DNA from: an uncultured Alphaproteobacteria bacterium
Lineage (GTDB): Bacteria > Pseudomonadota > Alphaproteobacteria > CAAHEQ01 > UBA3637
NCBI GenBank assembly: GCA_905236245.1
Contig: CAJOPC010000004.1
Span: 6,079-70,078, forward strand
DNA length: 64,000 nt
Direction of reading: 5' to 3'
Shown here: piece after piece, positions 30,161 to 40,070 of the stretch
Numbering within the stretch: the first letter of the stretch is position 1
Layout of the letters: every line of letters starts with the position of its first letter
Translations under genes and position numbers: made by a program
Notes under the pieces: generated by a model
The model's input: the letters and a program-made list of their open reading frames with translations, nothing else
Databases searched by the model: none
What the model was told of the DNA's origin: nothing

Positions 30161-31546
30161 TTAATATTGCACTTTATAAGTCAACCTTGCTTCCCCTTTT
30201 GCTGGAACAGATACTGCCCACATTATAGTATTAGAAGTTACACGCTCTCCTTTTTGACTTTGATCTAACAACTTAAAATCATCTGGGAAACCGAGTGTCA
30301 ATTCAATCTCAGCATTTTCATCCGATCCGTTTTTAAACACAACTTCATAAGAAGCTATCTGCGTTTTTTCAGAAATTTTATTCAAGGCGGTTCGTTTCAT
30401 ATCCGCGGTCAAATTAAATGAAGTTCCCAATCTTAAACGAACATTTTCTCCATCTGCAATATGTTGGATCCGATCTTCACCAATAAATTGCATATTCTCC
30501 TTTGAATCTTCCTTATACATACGAATTGTGCCCTTTGGCAAAGGTTTTCCCAAGCCATTTTGTGGTGTATTTAAGAAAGATACATAAATATCCGGCTTCA
30601 TGTTTTTTCTTTCAGTTTGATGCACACTGAAAGGACGATTGAGCTCATAAGTTTTTTTCACGCCAACATCCGCCACAGATAACAAAGCTACCTGTTTTGT
30701 TTGATTAGATAACAAGTCGGTTTTATGCGGCACCGTATAAATATAGAAATCAGTCAACGCTTCTGCTTCCATACCATCAGCGACCATATCCAAAGCATTA
30801 GCAGATTTAGCCAACAACATCCGTGGCCGCTCCATATACTCGGATACAACATTCACATCCCCCGCGACCAATTGTAATAAAGCTTGTTTATAATCGGCAC
30901 CGGAATTATTTGTTAATGTGACAAAACCATTCAAATTCATTTTGGTTTCATCGGCATTTAACTTTGCCACATAATCCGCTTTCCAAGAAAGTCCTGTGGT
31001 CAAATAATCTAACTCTAACGAATCAGCACCTGCCTTTTTGGACACCAAAGTAATTGCCAAAGTTGGTTGCGCTCGCAAATTTTCTGGAACTGAATCAAAA
31101 ATCACTCGTCCCGGATAATCCGTTTCAATTTTATTTCCAATTTTCAAGACAGGATGCCCGTCATTAAAAGCTAAAATTTCGGCTTTTTCTTGATGCGTTT
31201 TTCCCGTTGCTGGATCAATATACTCAACAGTCACTTGTCGACCAACAGATTTTTGTAACAAAGCATTCCTTGTCAACAAATCAAAATTAAAATTTTGCTC
31301 ACGGGTCGAAATTCCATCCCCTTTTAGCAAGGCCGTCTGAGGCATCATGTTTGCCGAAACCCCACGGAAAGCCAATTCATTAATACCGGCAGTTAAATCA
31401 ACTTGGCGTTTATCTTTAATCAAAGCCCGATTTTCATTATAAATAGTCACATTCATACCCGTCTGAGCGGATACCGGAACCGTTGTTTCCGACGCCATTG
31501 CAATACTAGACAATCCTAAAACTAATAAACTTAACACTGTTTTCAT
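30161..31546 (-). CDS. Secreted DUF4139-like (MuiA-family) protein
   Basis: Signal peptide. The opening VTIYNENRALIKDKRQVDLTAGINELAFRGVS resembles DUF4139 proteins. This is a tentative family call. Confidence 0.45.
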   Translation of the reverse strand: MKTVLSLLVLGLSSIAMASETTVPVSAQTGMNVTIYNENRALIKDKRQVDLTAGINELAFRGVSANMMPQTALLKGDGISTREQNFNFDLLTRNALLQKSVGRQVTVEYIDPATGKTHQEKAEILAFNDGHPVLKIGNKIETDYPGRVIFDSVPENLRAQPTLAITLVSKKAGADSLELDYLTTGLSWKADYVAKLNADETKMNLNGFVTLTNNSGADYKQALLQLVAGDVNVVSEYMERPRMLLAKSANALDMVADGMEAEALTDFYIYTVPHKTDLLSNQTKQVALLSVADVGVKKTYELNRPFSVHQTERKNMKPDIYVSFLNTPQNGLGKPLPKGTIRMYKEDSKENMQFIGEDRIQHIADGENVRLRLGTSFNLTADMKRTALNKISEKTQIASYEVVFKNGSDENAEIELTLGFPDDFKLLDQSQKGERVTSNTIMWAVSVPAKGEARLTYKVQY

Positions 31547-31651
31547 ATTGAGTCCTCCCTATCTGCCCTTAATGTACCAAAATCAAAAAAAATAAGCAAG
31601 TCCATTGTTTAATAAGTTGTCTTTTTTATATAAATTTGTTATAATTTCAGT

Positions 31652-32944
31652 ATGGTATCTTTATTTGAAACTTTGGCTCACAAGCCACTTGCTGACAAAA
31701 TGCGTCCCGCCAAATTGGATGAGGTGGTCGGACAGTCGCATTTGCTTGGGGATAAAGGGCCCTTGGCTCGAATGCTGCAAAATCAAAATCTATCAAGCTT
31801 CATTTTGTGGGGCCCCCCGGGTTGTGGTAAAACAACCATTGCTCGCATTTTGGCGGAACAAACGAACCTTCACTTTGAACAACTATCCGCTGTTTTTTCT
31901 GGAGTAGCCGACCTACGGAAAGTGTTTGACGAAGCAAAAAAACGCCGTTTATCTGGTCAAGGTACATTGTTATTTGTGGACGAAATCCATCGTTTCAATC
32001 GGGCTCAACAAGATGGTTTTTTACCTTATGTAGAAGACGGCACTATTATCTTGGTCGGTGCCACAACTGAAAACCCCAGTTTTGAACTAAACGGCGCTTT
32101 GCTTTCCCGTTGTAAAGTTTTTGTATTGAATCGCCTTGATGATAAAGCATTGACGGAACTTGCTAAACGTGCCGAAAAAATTATGCAAAAACCTCTTCCT
32201 TTGGATGATGTCGGACGTGAATATTTATGTGCCCTGGCGGACGGAGATGGCCGCTATTTCATCAACTTGATTGAGGCCGTTTACCAATATGCCATACAAG
32301 ATGAAATTTTGGATAAAGACGAACTGGAAAAATTACTTCAAAAGCGCCTACCTAATTACGATAAAGACCGCGAAGGCCACTACAATTTAATTTCTGCCCT
32401 GCATAAATCATTGCGTGGATCTGATCCGGATGCAGGCCTTTATTGGTTGGCACGCATGGTAACCGCAGGCGAAGATATGAAATATATTTTGCGTCGTCTT
32501 ACCCGCTTTGCATCTGAAGATATCGGCTTGGCCGATCCGCAAGCTTTGGTGCAAGCCATCAATGCTTGGAACAGCTATGAACGGCTGGGCTCTCCCGAAG
32601 GAGATTTGGCTGTGGCAGGCTTGGTTGTGTATTTAGCAACCGCACCTAAATCCATCAGTGTTTATCGCGCTTGGGGAAATGCTGTTAAAACCGCAAAAGA
32701 AACAGATTCATTGATGCCACCCAAACATATTTTAAATGCCCCGACAAAATTGATGGCAGATATTGGTTATTCCAAAGGATATCAATACGACCCTGACACA
32801 AAGGATGGCTTTTCCGGACAAGAATACTTCCCGGATGAAATTGGACATCACACTTTTTATCATCCGGCAGAGCGTGGTTTTGAGCGTGAGATTCAAAAAC
32901 GCTTAGATTACTGGAATAATTTGCGTAAAAAATTAAAAAAATAG
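31652..32944 (+). CDS. rarA: Replication-associated recombination protein A (AAA+ ATPase)
   Basis: GPPGCGKTT Walker A, LFVDEIHRFN Walker B/sensor, conserved MgsA C-terminal domain. Confidence 0.95.
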   Translation: MVSLFETLAHKPLADKMRPAKLDEVVGQSHLLGDKGPLARMLQNQNLSSFILWGPPGCGKTTIARILAEQTNLHFEQLSAVFSGVADLRKVFDEAKKRRLSGQGTLLFVDEIHRFNRAQQDGFLPYVEDGTIILVGATTENPSFELNGALLSRCKVFVLNRLDDKALTELAKRAEKIMQKPLPLDDVGREYLCALADGDGRYFINLIEAVYQYAIQDEILDKDELEKLLQKRLPNYDKDREGHYNLISALHKSLRGSDPDAGLYWLARMVTAGEDMKYILRRLTRFASEDIGLADPQALVQAINAWNSYERLGSPEGDLAVAGLVVYLATAPKSISVYRAWGNAVKTAKETDSLMPPKHILNAPTKLMADIGYSKGYQYDPDTKDGFSGQEYFPDEIGHHTFYHPAERGFEREIQKRLDYWNNLRKKLKK

Positions 32945-32954
32945 TTCATAACTC

Positions 32955-33971
32955 TTGCATTTTACCCCCATTTTCGGTATGCTTAACGAAAAAGGGGATC
33001 GCATGACATCGGTTGAATTTGCTATTGTTAACGAAAAAGATGACGACATCCGTTTGGATCGTTGGTTTTTGCGTCACTATCCCGATCTAAAACATGGCAT
33101 GTTAGAGCGTCTGATTAAAAATAAAAATATCAAATTAAACAAGGCAAAAACAACGGCCGGCACACACGTGCATGTGGGCGATGAAATTCGTATTCCCCCT
33201 CTGGATACGCCTAAACGTGATGATACACCGATGTCGTTATCCAAAAAAGACATTCAAATGATGCAAAAAATGGTCATCTATAAAGATAATGAAATAATCA
33301 TTTTAAATAAGCCCGCGGGCTTGGCCGTTCAAGGCGGCAGCAAAACAACACGTCATATTGATGGCCTGCTAGACGCTTTGCGTTTCGACAAAGATGAAAA
33401 GCCTCATTTGGTTCATCGTTTGGATAAAGAAACTTCGGGCGTTTTGGTTCTAGCACGCTCTACAAATATTGCCGCCAAATTGACGAATTTATTTAAAACA
33501 CGCGATGTTCATAAAGTTTATTGGGCTGTTGTATCCGGCAAACCACCATTGCCATCCGGCAAAATAGATGCCCCTTTAAGGAAAGCTCAAGATAAAGTTG
33601 TTGTAGATTTTGAACACGGAGAAAAAGCAATTTCTGTTTACAAAGTCATTGATAATGCCGGGCAAAAAGCATCATGGCTAGCCCTTAGCCCTTTAACGGG
33701 TCGCACGCATCAACTACGTGTCCACTTGACAGAAATTTTAAAAACACCTATTCTGGGTGATGATAAGTATGGCAAGAAAAGTCTGACAAATATGGGAAAG
33801 GGACTACATTTACACGCCCGCGCAATCGAAATCAAAAATCCCAAGTCTGGGAAAACTATTTGCGTAACGGCGGAACTACCCCCACATATTAAAGAGACAT
33901 TTCACTTGCTGGGATTTGATGAAAAAGAACAAAAAAATCCCTTTAATTTTTTGAAAAAGGAGGAACAATGA
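32955..33971 (+). CDS. RluA-family 23S rRNA pseudouridine synthase (RluC/RluD-like)
   Basis: S4 domain followed by the HRLDKETSGVLVLA catalytic motif. An alternative start is at 33003. Confidence 0.8.
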   Translation: MHFTPIFGMLNEKGDRMTSVEFAIVNEKDDDIRLDRWFLRHYPDLKHGMLERLIKNKNIKLNKAKTTAGTHVHVGDEIRIPPLDTPKRDDTPMSLSKKDIQMMQKMVIYKDNEIIILNKPAGLAVQGGSKTTRHIDGLLDALRFDKDEKPHLVHRLDKETSGVLVLARSTNIAAKLTNLFKTRDVHKVYWAVVSGKPPLPSGKIDAPLRKAQDKVVVDFEHGEKAISVYKVIDNAGQKASWLALSPLTGRTHQLRVHLTEILKTPILGDDKYGKKSLTNMGKGLHLHARAIEIKNPKSGKTICVTAELPPHIKETFHLLGFDEKEQKNPFNFLKKEEQ

Positions 33972-36235
33972 AACTTTTAAAAACTCTCTTTTTAACTTTA
34001 TTATTATTGGTACTTCTAGCTGTTAGTGCTATTGGAATTTTCTTGTGGACATTTGATTTAAATCATTATAAAAATTTGGCAGAAACCAAATTGACAGAAT
34101 TGTTAAAACATCCCGTTCAAATTCAAGAGATGACAACCCAGCTGTCATTCATTCCGACAATTTCCATTTCTGGCTTTAAGATTTTAAATAACGAACCTTT
34201 CCAAGAAGAAAAACCATTATTAGACGTACAAAAAATGTCTGCTGAATTGGAATTGATTCCATTACTGAATTCGCAAATCAATATCCATAGAATTAGCATC
34301 GATTCTGCTAATTTGAATTTAATTCAAGAAAAGGATACAAATAACTGGGAAATTAAAACAACGGGAACTTCTTCCTCGCAACAGACAAAGACCGCTTCAC
34401 AAACTAATCAACAAAAGATCAAGTCCGACAATATTCAGTTGAATCTTATTGATATTAAAACACTCAATGTGGCATATACCAAAGATAAAAAAACACAAAA
34501 ACTTGCTGCCAATAAATTACAGCTGAAACAATTACATATCTTAAGCGGTGATTTTGTTTATGAAAATCAAGCAATCAATATCAGCTTGAATACAAGCCCT
34601 GTTTTTGAATTTTTAAATATGAAAAATACCTTTCCAATAGATTTAAAAATAACATCAAAATTATTTAATTTATCTGTTAATGGTAAGGTCACTAATTTAA
34701 AACAACCTTCAAATATACAAGCGGTTATCTCTTTGAGTAGTACCAACCTCAAAAATTCCCTCAATTTTTTCAAAATATCCCATCCGCTTATTCCTTCTCA
34801 AGCCGGACAACTTAACTTGCAATTCAGCGGAGACCAAAAAAAGCTGGATATAAAACAAGCAAATTTTGATATCAATGCTCAAAAAGATTTCTCTTTTACC
34901 GCTCATGGAACATTACGTAATTTGCTTAAAAATCCAACGCTTAGTTTAACAGCAAACGCACGTTTATTAGACAGTAAAACAAGCAAGTTATGGAAAGTTG
35001 CTCCGATGGCGTTAAAAGGAGATTTCACCCTAACCCAAAACAGCGTTAAAGCAACAAAATTAAATATAGAAGCCAATCGCTCTGATATTCAATTATCTGG
35101 AGATTTTTCATGGAAAAAACAACCTTATACTCTGCAATTAGATATGACATCCGAGTATCTGGATTATCGTGATTTCTTCTTGTCAGAGCAATCAACCACT
35201 GCAGCAAATACAGCAACGAAAAAAGGCGCCACCGAAACAACTATCCCCTGGGATTTGCTTAATAAATTCACAGCCACGACAAGCGTTCAAATTAAACACC
35301 TGCAAGCGACAGATATGCTGACAGGGTTGATTAGCATTTCAGCAAAGCCCACCTTAAAGCAAGGACTTTTGCAAGCCCCGTTCGAAGCAAGATTACTTGA
35401 AGGCAATTTAACGGGCGCCCTCTCGGCAAAAGCCGCCACTCAACAAATTGAAATGGTGCTAGCCACGAATAAATTAAATCTAGACGGCATCCGTCCAGTT
35501 GGGCAACAAGTTCAAAATCTGATTCTTAATTCTAAAATAGAGCTAGCCTCCAAAGGCGATACAAAAACAAGTATTTTGAAAAATTTAAAGGGTCATATAA
35601 CTGCACAAACACAACAAGGACGAATCTTAAATCCATGGTTTATTAACCTTGCAAAAACGTTAACGACCTATAGAAAGCGCAAAAATTCTGCTCTCAATTC
35701 TTCTGATGAAAAGATAACAATTACCTGTGCGGCAGCAAATTTGAATATCAAACAGGGAGTTATTATAGGCCAGGATCAAATTGCGTTAGAAACAAATGTT
35801 TTGAACATCGTCGCTGGGGGAACTATTAACCTGGCGGAACAAACAGTGAATATCAACGCCTATCCTTCTTTACCGTTTGAAGGAAAGTTAGATGAAGTTT
35901 TGTCTTTATCCAAACTTATCCATATCACCGGCCCCTTTAATAAATTGACCTCTCAAGTGGATGCCACACAGGCAGCAGTCAGCTTATTAGAAAAAGGCTT
36001 GAATAAATGGACAAAGAATAATTCTTCGACAAATAATTTATCATTGAACAGAGGACAATTATGTCAAAATGTTCTAGGAACGACCACGACATCAAAAGCA
36101 ACAGATAAAAAGGAAACGCAACCTAAAAAACAAACAACTCAGGCCGCTTCCGGCTCAAACCAAAAGAAATCTGCACAAGATCAATTCAAACAACAATTAG
36201 CAGATTCTTTATTGAAGGCCTTAAGCTCTAAATGA
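33968..36235 (+). CDS. asmA: AsmA family outer-membrane biogenesis protein
   Basis: N-terminal TM anchor. 755 aa of beta-rich, low-complexity periplasmic sequence typical of AsmA-like proteins. Confidence 0.7.
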   Translation: MKLLKTLFLTLLLLVLLAVSAIGIFLWTFDLNHYKNLAETKLTELLKHPVQIQEMTTQLSFIPTISISGFKILNNEPFQEEKPLLDVQKMSAELELIPLLNSQINIHRISIDSANLNLIQEKDTNNWEIKTTGTSSSQQTKTASQTNQQKIKSDNIQLNLIDIKTLNVAYTKDKKTQKLAANKLQLKQLHILSGDFVYENQAINISLNTSPVFEFLNMKNTFPIDLKITSKLFNLSVNGKVTNLKQPSNIQAVISLSSTNLKNSLNFFKISHPLIPSQAGQLNLQFSGDQKKLDIKQANFDINAQKDFSFTAHGTLRNLLKNPTLSLTANARLLDSKTSKLWKVAPMALKGDFTLTQNSVKATKLNIEANRSDIQLSGDFSWKKQPYTLQLDMTSEYLDYRDFFLSEQSTTAANTATKKGATETTIPWDLLNKFTATTSVQIKHLQATDMLTGLISISAKPTLKQGLLQAPFEARLLEGNLTGALSAKAATQQIEMVLATNKLNLDGIRPVGQQVQNLILNSKIELASKGDTKTSILKNLKGHITAQTQQGRILNPWFINLAKTLTTYRKRKNSALNSSDEKITITCAAANLNIKQGVIIGQDQIALETNVLNIVAGGTINLAEQTVNINAYPSLPFEGKLDEVLSLSKLIHITGPFNKLTSQVDATQAAVSLLEKGLNKWTKNNSSTNNLSLNRGQLCQNVLGTTTTSKATDKKETQPKKQTTQAASGSNQKKSAQDQFKQQLADSLLKALSSK

Positions 36236-36522
36236 TTACACGCCACATTAAAGTCATCGGCCGTGTTCAAGGTATCGGATTTCGCCGATGGGCTGAAGAT
36301 ATTGCCATAAAATTAAATTTATCGGGATGGGTTCGCAATAGCTCGGATGGTTCCGTGGAAATTATGGTGCAAGGCCCAGAAAATGAAGTCAATAAATTTT
36401 TAGCATCCTGTCTTAATGGACCAGCCTTTGCCCATGTACTAGGCGTTCAACCTGTTATTGTTCCAACTGCTAGCCCTGCTCCCATAGAACAAGGAATATT
36501 TAAAATTATTGCCAGTGTATAG
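36232..36522 (+). CDS. acyP: Acylphosphatase
   Basis: VIGRVQGIGFRRW signature and GWVRNSSDGSVE. 96 aa. Confidence 0.85.
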   Translation: MITRHIKVIGRVQGIGFRRWAEDIAIKLNLSGWVRNSSDGSVEIMVQGPENEVNKFLASCLNGPAFAHVLGVQPVIVPTASPAPIEQGIFKIIASV

Positions 36523-36540
36523 AAAAAATAAAAAATCCCC

Positions 36541-36867
36541 TCAAATCGTAACAAGATTTTTGGGAACCGCAACACTCTTTAAATACATCACATCACATAC
36601 ATATTCACGAACAACAGAGCCATTATTTGTTTCTACAATTAATATCTGTGTTTTTAGGCGCAAGGCCTTTCGTATAGCAGGGTGAATATAATCCAACACA
36701 ACTGTGTTATGATCATTGCGATACAACAAAGCATGTTCGCCCCCATTGTAAACAAGTTTTGGGCGATCCGCATCTTCCAAACGCGCCCTGATCAAAATCA
36801 TCAACTTTCCGGACTCATTTTGTAAGATGTTAAAATTCTTTTCCTGTTCAATAAGCGGTTTTGTCAT
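36541..36867 (-). CDS. Hypothetical protein (108 aa)
   Basis: ORF only. Confidence 0.35.
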   Translation of the reverse strand: MTKPLIEQEKNFNILQNESGKLMILIRARLEDADRPKLVYNGGEHALLYRNDHNTVVLDYIHPAIRKALRLKTQILIVETNNGSVVREYVCDVMYLKSVAVPKNLVTI

Positions 36868-36985
36868 CTAAGCTCCTTAAATCACCACTTTTATAGAATA
36901 AAATAGAAAAAAACAAATTGCAACACCTTTTTTTGATTTATTATCAGAAATCAATTTACCCTATTATAAACGAATTATTTAGAAA

Positions 36986-37016
36986 ACAAAAAAAATCGCC
37001 CGAAAAGGGCGATTTA
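36986..37016. terminator. Bidirectional rho-independent terminator
   Basis: A-run, then the ATCGCCC-gaaaa-GGGCGAT hairpin, then a T-run. Confidence 0.65.
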
Positions 37017-37060
37017 TAATGATACATAAAACCTAAATTGATTTTTTCAGCAAACGAATT

Positions 37061-37456
37061 TTAGCGTTTATTTGCTTTAACCATCTCTGCCGCAGTTCTA
37101 ATAAGTCCCATATTTTGCTCTTCGGTTATCCGCTCTTCTTCTTCCGTTTGACGTCTATAGGTTCCATCTTGTCCTCTAAACAACTTGACGTATGAATTGG
37201 GAACTGTTTCCCCCTTCTCATCCACTTTGCGAATCACCATGTGATCTGGTTTAGACTCATCTTTCTTTTCGGAACCACTCATATTCCATGTTGTCATTTC
37301 TACATTACCACTAAGGTCAACGTCAGCGGGAATACCGCTAACAACTATTTCGTGACGGTCGCTTCTATATTTTTCTCCCCAAATAGCTGTCTGAGTTTTT
37401 CCTACTTGACGAACTCTTTCTAACTTATAACCCCCTGTTAATGTATATCCTGGCAT
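37061..37456 (-). CDS. Hypothetical protein (131 aa)
   Basis: ORF with an RBS-like sequence. I recognise no family. Confidence 0.4.
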   Translation of the reverse strand: MPGYTLTGGYKLERVRQVGKTQTAIWGEKYRSDRHEIVVSGIPADVDLSGNVEMTTWNMSGSEKKDESKPDHMVIRKVDEKGETVPNSYVKLFRGQDGTYRRQTEEEERITEEQNMGLIRTAAEMVKANKR

Positions 37457-37560
37457 TTTATTTCTCCTTTCCTTTAATCGGCAACTCCTATTATATCACA
37501 TATTGGTGAAAAAGTCAAATTTTTGAATATGTTGTGCTTTATAACGAGCACTACCAAAAG

Positions 37561-37590
37561 AAAAGCCCTCATTTGAAAGAGGGCTATAAT
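37561..37590 (-). terminator. Terminator downstream of tRNA-Phe
   Basis: On the minus strand: AGCCCTC-tttcaaatg-AGGGCT followed by TTTTCTTTT. Confidence 0.65.
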
Positions 37591-37593
37591 AAA

Positions 37594-37669
37594 TGGTGCC
37601 TGGAGACGGAATCGGACCGCCGACACAGGGATTTTCAGTCCCTTGCTCTACCAACTGAGCTATCCAGGC
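37594..37669 (-). tRNA. tRNA-Phe (anticodon GAA), CCA encoded
   Basis: The reverse complement reads GCCTGGATAGCTCAGTTGGTAGAGCAAGGGACTGAAAATCCCTGTGTCGGCGGTTCGATTCCGTCTCCAGGCACCA. It has a 7-bp acceptor stem and a CT-GAA-AA anticodon loop, and closely resembles E. coli tRNA-Phe. Confidence 0.92.
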
Positions 37670-37718
37670 CGGTTGTAGTGTTTATTATACACATTTTTAA
37701 ACGAATTGCAAGGACTTT

Positions 37719-38300
37719 TTATTTTTTCTGTTCGGCCTGCCACTCTGACCTCAATTTTGACCATATTTGAGTATCGCGAAAAGACTGCCACCGCTTGTCC
37801 CAGATATTCGAACGCAGCACACCCTCCAAACGATAACCGCACCGCTTTGGCACATTTATTGAGCGCACATTTTCGACATCACAACCAATCATAATCCGAT
37901 TGACACCTTTCTTAAATGCGGTATTTTCCAAAGCACTCACAGCCTCTGACATATAACCATGTCCAACAGCGTCATCGCTAAGCCAATACCCAATTTCGGC
38001 AGACTTATGTTTTTCACTGTAATCCATCAAATCAACACACCCCAAAAGAGCTTTTGTTTTTTTATTGCGAATTAAATAAGCAAAACCTTCACCTTTATCC
38101 CAAGTTTGTGTTTGATTCGTCAACCACGGCAATCTATCCTCCGGCGTTTTAACGCCATCCACCCACGGCAACCAATCGCGTAAAGTCTTGCGAGACAAAT
38201 CAATTTTTTCAAACATTTCTTTGGACAACTCAACAGAGGCGGGATAAGGCCGCACTAAAACAATGCGATCCGATTCAATTTTTGCTGGCATTTTTAACAT
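37719..38300 (-). CDS. GNAT family N-acetyltransferase (RimJ/RimL-like)
   Basis: GNAT fold motifs (IGYWLSDDAVGHGYMSEAV). Confidence 0.65.
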   Translation of the reverse strand: MLKMPAKIESDRIVLVRPYPASVELSKEMFEKIDLSRKTLRDWLPWVDGVKTPEDRLPWLTNQTQTWDKGEGFAYLIRNKKTKALLGCVDLMDYSEKHKSAEIGYWLSDDAVGHGYMSEAVSALENTAFKKGVNRIMIGCDVENVRSINVPKRCGYRLEGVLRSNIWDKRWQSFRDTQIWSKLRSEWQAEQKK

Positions 38301-38349
38301 TTTTATCCCCTAATTTTTTGTACTACTTTTCCATTTTTAAAAATTACTT

Positions 38350-39189
38350 TTACCTACACAATGGTGTAATAAATGGTCCATTTGATTTAGGACGAGAAAA
38401 ATTACCCACATCACTGTTATTAGCCGACACATTAAACATTGCACAGGAATTATCAGCTGAGTAATTAGAGCTGGTCCAAAAACTAACTGGTCCAAAATTT
38501 TGCCTCAGAGCAATAATCACAGCACTATAATGAGAATATACGAAATCTTCATGCTCTGGCAAAATAGTTTTATTCTCACATTGATAACAATTTTCCCAAT
38601 AATTATACCAAGGCCCTGCACTTTGACCAGATACACAACAAGAAGAGTATATACCGGAACCACCAGTAACTAGTGTTGAAGTATCACTCTGATAACAATT
38701 AAACTCGGCCACATCTATTAAAGATTTACCCTGTGCTTTGCACCAATTATCCGCAGACCACCAACTCATCCGTTCATATTTGTTAATGACTTCCCCTAAT
38801 CCTTCTATATTAACAGGGCCAAGCACATCTCCGATAGCGGTACAGGTTCCTGTATTTGGTTGTTCACAATTTGATCCATCCAAATTACAGTATTCGCCCT
38901 CATTACAATCCTCATTACTCTTACAACCATCAAAAATTGTTTCCGTACCACATGGATCTTCTTTGTATGACAAATACACATTACCATTGGCACAAACCGT
39001 ACATTTTCCAAATCTATCCTCTAACACGCCAGCGGCACAAGCGCCACCTTTTCCATTGATACGCACATCAACAGAGTCCACTCCTACTCCGCGATATACG
39101 GAGCTCTTACGACTTTTCCCGCCACCACCAAAGGCCAAAACACTTGTTGCCATTAAAAGTGCTGTTCCAAATAATAATATTTTATTCAT
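38350..39189 (-). CDS. Secreted cysteine-rich protein, family member P2 (conserved leader plus CTLD-like C-terminal domain)
   Basis: MNKILLFGTALLMATSVLAFGGGGKSRKSSVYRGVGVDS leader. The first ~105 aa match P3 at all but one position, after which the sequences diverge. WWSADNWCKAQGKSLIDVAEF motif. AAGGAG RBS. Confidence 0.8.
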   Translation of the reverse strand: MNKILLFGTALLMATSVLAFGGGGKSRKSSVYRGVGVDSVDVRINGKGGACAAGVLEDRFGKCTVCANGNVYLSYKEDPCGTETIFDGCKSNEDCNEGEYCNLDGSNCEQPNTGTCTAIGDVLGPVNIEGLGEVINKYERMSWWSADNWCKAQGKSLIDVAEFNCYQSDTSTLVTGGSGIYSSCCVSGQSAGPWYNYWENCYQCENKTILPEHEDFVYSHYSAVIIALRQNFGPVSFWTSSNYSADNSCAMFNVSANNSDVGNFSRPKSNGPFITPLCR

Positions 39190-39236
39190 AAAAACTCCTT
39201 TTTTAAAAATAAAACTCGCCCTGATAACTTAAAGTC

Positions 39237-39265
39237 ATTATATGTCATCCATTTTTAAATAGCAA
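39237..39265 (-). promoter_or_regulatory. Consensus sigma70 promoter of P2 (TTGCTA-17 bp-TATAAT on minus strand)
   Basis: On the minus strand, TTGCTA (39265-39260) and TATAAT (39242-39237). The identical module is found upstream of P3. Confidence 0.6.
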
Positions 39266-39296
39266 CAAAAAAGCCCGAGATAATCTCGGGCTTTTC
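39266..39296 (-). terminator. Rho-independent terminator of P3
   Basis: GCCCGAG-ataatc-CTCGGGC hairpin flanked by A and T runs. Confidence 0.7.
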
Positions 39297-39311
39297 ATGA
39301 GGACTATCGGG

Positions 39312-40034
39312 TTACTTACACAATGCAGGAGCATTCATGCCTTGTCCACCCTGTCGGCCATCTCTTGGGCCAATATATTTATCAAAAGTGCGCACATAAA
39401 CACTCTTACAGATATCTATACCATCATTTACCCAAAACCAATTATAACTTATCTTATCCAAAACTGGTTGCCAATCTAAATGACATCCAGAACTTTCTTG
39501 ACACGTTTCACCATTGATAATGACACCACTAACACTGGAAGGATCAATACCAATATCTTCTAAGCCAATCAACTGTTTTCCCCTAGCAGCACACCAATTT
39601 TCAGCAGCCCAATAGGAAAAAGAATCTTGGCTAATTATACAACCATCATCAAAAGTTGTTTTAATATCATTCTCATTTAATGGAGAACACACGCCTGTAT
39701 CTGGCTGTTCACAATTACTACCTGTCAAATTGCAATATTCATTTTCTCCACATTGTACATTACTTACACAACCTGTTACACTTGTTTCCGTACCACATGG
39801 ATCTTCTTCGTATGACAAATACACATTACCATTGGCACAAACCGTACATTTTCCAAATCTATCCTCTAACACACCAGCAGCACAAGCACCACCTTTTCCA
39901 TTAATATGCACATCAACAGAGTCCACTCCTACTCCGCGATATACGGAGCTCTTACGACTTTTCCCACCTCCACCAAAGGCCAAAACACTTGTTGCCATTA
40001 AAAGCGCTGTTCCAAATAATAATACTTTGTTCAT
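39312..40034 (-). CDS. Secreted cysteine-rich protein, family member P3 (tandem paralog of P2)
   Basis: Leader and first ~105 aa match P2 at all but one position (K/V at the fourth residue). Divergent C-terminus still containing YWAAENWCAARGKQLIGL. Confidence 0.8.
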   Translation of the reverse strand: MNKVLLFGTALLMATSVLAFGGGGKSRKSSVYRGVGVDSVDVHINGKGGACAAGVLEDRFGKCTVCANGNVYLSYEEDPCGTETSVTGCVSNVQCGENEYCNLTGSNCEQPDTGVCSPLNENDIKTTFDDGCIISQDSFSYWAAENWCAARGKQLIGLEDIGIDPSSVSGVIINGETCQESSGCHLDWQPVLDKISYNWFWVNDGIDICKSVYVRTFDKYIGPRDGRQGGQGMNAPALCK

Positions 40035-40070
40035 AAAAGCTCCTTTTTTAAAAATAAAACTCGCCTTGAT

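Noticed and set aside
38738-39232. 164-aa plus-strand ORF (and similar ORFs at 39730..40110, 38856..39059 and 831..1106) that is His/Pro/Tyr-rich
   Set aside because: These ORFs lie entirely antisense to the Cys-rich family genes. They are shadow frames produced by the TGT/TGC-rich coding strand. They have no RBS or promoter and are duplicated only because the sense genes are duplicated.
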